Assembly: GCF_009914755.1 (NCBI RefSeq)
Contig: NC_060940.1
Strand: one strand, 5' to 3'
Origin: the human T2T-CHM13v2.0 reference genome, Homo sapiens
DNA length: 64,000 nucleotides
The position numbers and the translations under genes were made by a program. This document shows, in pieces, positions 59,306 through 64,000 of this stretch. Under the pieces are notes generated by a model. That model was given only the letters and a program-made list of their open reading frames with translations, was not told the DNA's origin and searched no databases. Position 1 is the first letter of the stretch. Every line of letters starts with the position of its first letter.

Positions 59306-59999
59306 CAGCTGTCTTTGTTTAATATCTATTATGCCCAGATACTCCGAGGCACTAAATGTACAATAAAAGAAATAGACGCAAACAGCCTTATAAGACATAT
59401 GACCCACTTCACAGTGGTCAGCTCAAGGAGAGGACACCCCTTCCCTGGGCCACTCTGCCCCCCTGCTCTCAGTTTCCTTGCCTTGCCCACCTTCCCTACA
59501 GTGCCCTCCAAACACCCTGCTCCACAGCCTTCCACATGCTGGCTAAGCTACAACTTGAATTCCAAAACCAGAATGATGTCGGCATCATTGTAACACACCC
59601 AGATATTTGAGGAAGAAGATTCAAAGCTAAACAGCCCAGGAAAGAGACAAAGACTAGGGAGGTTTCCAGGGCCTGAGAAAGCCTTTTGTGGGTAGGGCTG
59701 TGGTACAGGCACGGGGAGGTGGACTCTAAAAGAACCACTTCTTTGGTGTACCTCCCTCTATTCTCCCCTCTCTCCCAATGCTAGCAAGGCCTCCGGGTCT
59801 TTAAGAGGGGAAGGGGGAAGCAGGTGAACGCTTCTCGACTTCCAGAACACGGGGGAAAATGCCTCTGGCATTAAACAAAGCCTTTTTATATTTAATGCCA
59901 GCCCGGGATTTTCAGAAAACTTTCCCCAAGAGTCACTGAATGTGTGTGCACAAAAAATTACACACCAGTGTCTAAGCAGAGTTGGATGCAGAAACACGC

Positions 60000-60720
60000 A
60001 CTTGTGCACGCTGAAACATCCAGCTGGGTCCACGCAGCCGCGGCTGCCCGCGAACCGCGTGTTCATCTGCGTGCTCGCACGCTCGGCGGGACTTGTTGCA
60101 CGCTCGGGTGCAGCCCGGGCTGGGGGAGTAGGCTCCCCCAGGAATTCCAGAGCCACGGGGGGTGGGAGGAGAAGGAAGCCGTCGCAGCGGGGGTGGGAGG
60201 AAGGAGAGGGGAGGAGGGCGAGAGAAGAGGGAGCCCCCAAGCTGGAAGAACAGGGCGCAGGCCCGAGGCCGGGGGCTCCGAGGCCCCGGTCCCCAACTGA
60301 GGAGCCGCCCAGCTGGCCGAGTAGGGGAGGACCGAGCGGCGGGAGGCAGGAGTGAGATCAGAGGGTCGAGGGGCCAGCCCAGGGGGCGGGAGGGGGCAGG
60401 GACACAGGAGGGAGCTGGGCGGGGGCCGCTTAAGGGTCAGGGTGCGGCGTGGCGGGCGAGGGGCGGGAACGGCTGGCTAGGGTTGTTCCCAGGGCAAGCA
60501 GCTGGAGACCCGCCCCGGGAGGCGTCTGAGAGGGCCGGGAGGACCAGCGGTCAGCGCGGGAGCTCGGGCGCCCCCTGCCGCCAGGCCTGGGCATGGGCCC
60601 CGCAGGCCTTGGAGATCCTCTCCAGCCGGGATCCGAGAACCCAAAGCCCCGCAAACTGCGCAGGCCCAGTAGGGGCTCGCAAACCGGGGGCCCCAGGGTT
60701 CTCACTGGCCAGCATACTTG
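60000..60720. promoter_or_regulatory. Distal upstream CpG island
   Basis: CpG-dense with several GGGCGG boxes, G-tracts and a CTCF motif. Confidence 0.75.
60568..60581 (-). promoter_or_regulatory. CTCF motif
   Basis: Minus strand GCGGCAGGGGGCGC. Confidence 0.65.
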
Positions 60721-60728
60721 TGTAGAAC

Positions 60729-61095
<367 letters not shown>

Positions 61096-62123
61096 TAACA
61101 TGAGTCCCAGTCTTTGTAGCTGGAGCCTGGGCTCTTTAGGTCACCACATCACTCCCCACACACCCCGCTGTAAACCCAGCCCTTCTTTCAGTCGCTCACC
61201 CAGCCCCTGAAGGCATCCCCTGCTCTAATCTTGGGAGTCAGATACACCTAGGTCCTGGGTTCCAAAATGAGCTGGGCTCCTCTCAGACTGTGTCTCCCTG
61301 AGGGAGCACCATCTGTCAAATGGGCCAATTATACCTACTCTCTCAGGCTGCCTGGGGGTTTCCCAGGGAAACACAGGTAGAAGCTTCGCCTTGAGTCAGT
61401 GCCTCCCCTCAAATAAATTGGGGTGAATATTGGGCATTCACAATGAAGACAGGCCCAGCCAATATGATGTTCAAGAAAGCAGGTGATGCTGAGACTCAGA
61501 GCAGAGAACATTAAACCTCACAGCTGGCCAGAGGCAGAGGTGGCGCCCAGACTCACATGCTCCAGCCCCCAACCTGGGGAAACTTTCCACTGTCTCAGTC
61601 CTGAAAGCCAAAGGGTTTGTTTTCCAAAGCCAGGTTCAAGCATCTAAGTCAAAAGCAGCTTCCAATTGCTTTTCCATCCTCACTTCACTGGGCACCTTTT
61701 TAATGTGCCAAGCCCTTTACCTAAGAGAATGCTGCCTATATGCCCACTGCCCCACTGCTCAGATAGCTAAGACAAGGCTCAGTGACGGAACCTACCCCAG
61801 CCACCCAGCCACCCAGCCAGCCCAGGATTCAGCCCTTCAGCTGCGCCTCAAGTTCCTCAAGATGCTCCACCCCTGGCCAGTAAGTCAGCATTCTGGGGGG
61901 AAGTGGAGAGTTAGCTTTTTTTTTCCCCTAATCCCCAGGTAATTACAATGTGTACCCCTGGTGAGAACCACAGTACTGAATGTCAGGCAGAAATGTTCCA
62001 GTCTGGAGTTAGCAAGCGGTGGTCCCTGGGCCCAGCCTGGCTTACTGGCACATATCCTTAAATCCCCAGAGTAGTTCATAAAATTGTGAATTCATTACTA
62101 GCAGGTAAAAGTCAGGAAATTTC

Positions 62124-62776
62124 TTTTTTTTTTTATTCTCTAAGTTCTGGGGTACGTGCAGGTTTATTACATATGTATACATGTGCCATGTTGGTGTGCT
62201 GCACCCATTAGCTAGTCATTTACATTAGGTATATCTCCTAATGCTATCCCTCCCCCCTCCCCCAACCCACGACAGGCCCCAGTGGATGGTGTTCCCCACC
62301 CTGTGTCCAGGTGTTCTCATTGTTCAATTCCCACCTATGAGTGAGAACATGCGGTGTTTGGTTTTCTGTCCTTGTGATAATTTGCTCAGAATGATGGCTT
62401 CCAGCTTCATCCATGTCCCTGCAAAGGACATGAACTCATCCTTTTTTATGGCTGCATAGTATTCCATGGTGTATATGTGCCACATTTTCTTAATCCAGTC
62501 TATCATTGATGGACATTTGGGTTGGTTCCAAGTCTTTGCTATTGTGAATAGTGCCACAATAAACATACGTGTGCATGTGTCTTTATAGCAGCATGATTTG
62601 TCATCCTTTGGGTATATACCCAGTAATGGGATGGCTGGGTCAAATGGTATTTCTAGCTCTAGATCCTTGAGGAATCACCACACTCTCTGCCACAGTGTTT
62701 GAACTAGTTTACAGTCCCACCAACAGTGTAAAAGTGTTCCTATTTCTCCACATCCTCCCCAGCACCTGTTGTTTCC
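62124..62776 (-). mobile_element. L1PA 3' fragment (5'-truncated, ~650 bp)
   Basis: ORF 62324-62566 is the L1 ORF2 C-terminus (MFIVALFTIAKTWNQPKCP...MFSLIGGN); 17-bp TSD aaaagtc(a/t)ggaaatttc at 62107-62123 / 62777-62793. Confidence 0.95.
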
Positions 62777-64000
62777 AAAAGTCTGGAAATTTCACACCGA
62801 AATCTGGATTTCTGATTTTTTCTCCAACAGTTGGAGAACCAGAAGACACTGATTACTGACTTATGTTCCCTTTCGCTGTGTAGACAGGGACACTCAGGGC
62901 AGAGAGGGGCAAGGTGTGTCCAGATACTCCCAGGTCGGATTCCAGGTACAGAACTGGAACTCGGAAATACCCAGGTTTCCCAACTCTGGGTCCTGTGCTC
63001 ATTTTTGACCCATGCAACTACCAACTGCCACTGAATCATTCTGAGATGAACCCCCCTGTAAAGAACACCCCCTTCCCGAGACAAGCAGGAGTGGTGCCTC
63101 TGTATGTCACCTAGGAAAGCCCCACGCCCAGCAAGCCCAATGGCCTCCACTGCCACATACCGTTTCCTGCTTCAGAAACTTGCAGCAGGACATGTAACTC
63201 AGAGCCAAGAGGGTGCAGCACATGAGGCCACATCTACATGGACACTTTAAACATCCTAATACCTGCAGTTGGGTGCACTGTGCTAGCTATTGGGAGCTAT
63301 CAGGGGTCAGAGTGGAAGTCCACGGGTAGAAGGGGATATTCTGGGGCAAGAGGCAGGACAGACACCAAGGAAACAGATACCCAGGTGAAAACAGCCACCT
63401 TGATTCACACTCTCAGCCCCTTGGGATGACAGAGGAGGCAGGGATCTCTTTCTCCCCGTTCTACAGAAGGGCAAATTGAGGATGGAACAGTCTTAGAAAG
63501 CAGAAGGGGAGAGCTGAGAGGGACCTTGGGATCTGAACTTGTGCATGAGTGGCAGATGTGTTTCATTTCACATGCCACCTGTGATTGACTGCTATTGCCT
63601 GCCCCAGACATTGGGGGACAACCAGTTTCCAAGCGGGCCCAATGAAAAAGAGGACCAAGATCTGTTGGTCTACAGCCACAGGCTGGGGAGGGTGAATGGG
63701 CAGGGAGATAGGAAAGTATTTCAAGCCGAGAGGATGCGCCAAGGCCTGCAGGGCCCACAGAGACTGGCACATTTGAGGAGAAACAGCGTGGCCTGGGTGG
63801 GCAGGAAGGGGGTCAGATCGGGCAGACCACGGGGCCAGTTAAGAAGCTTTGGTTCATCCTATTAATGGGAGCAGTACAAAACCACTTAAAAGGATTTTAG
63901 GGGGTAAGCAGCAACTGAGGACAGAGAGCTCCTGTAGGCTGCAGAGATAGGGCAAGACCAGTGAGAGGCCGTCCCAGCTGCCAGATGAGAGACGATGGTG

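Noticed and set aside
62324-62566. 80-aa ORF with clear protein homology
   Set aside because: C-terminal remnant of L1 ORF2 in a truncated L1PA, not a gene.

Overview
Primate (almost certainly human) genomic DNA covering the 5' end of ZNF423 (Zfp423/OAZ), transcribed on the minus strand. The gene is identified from two short coding exons. The first, 39443-39482, encodes MSRRKQAKPRSVK (the FOG/SALL-type NuRD-binding N-terminal motif) and lies in a ~5 kb CpG island. The second, 6367-6382, encodes the alternative N-terminus MHKKR. Both end in phase-1 G|GTGAGC donors; the shared downstream exons lie left of the window. Two candidate non-coding first exons have donors at ~10460 and ~41448. The rest is intron 1 and upstream DNA with ~35 Alus, MIR, L2, L1, MLT1 and DNA-transposon MITEs, several microsatellites/VNTRs, three smaller CpG-rich islands and a ~12 kb stretch without recognisable young repeats. 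Nearly all ORFs in the supplied track are Alu, L1, low-complexity or GC-rich artefacts. I see no wholly new biological system. The best leads are: (1) a symmetric, stop-free 69-nt exon that could act as an in-frame cassette, whose MHKKR start is shadowed by two strong uAUGs; (2) an ASR (Alu/snaR-related)-like short element carrying a unique 3' tail; (3) a (CGG)10 repeat in the poly-Gly frame of the ZNF423 AUG; (4) a convergent CTCF pair, a split RE1 and an FGF4-type SOX-OCT site. Repeat subfamily calls are by eye and boundaries of old repeats are approximate.
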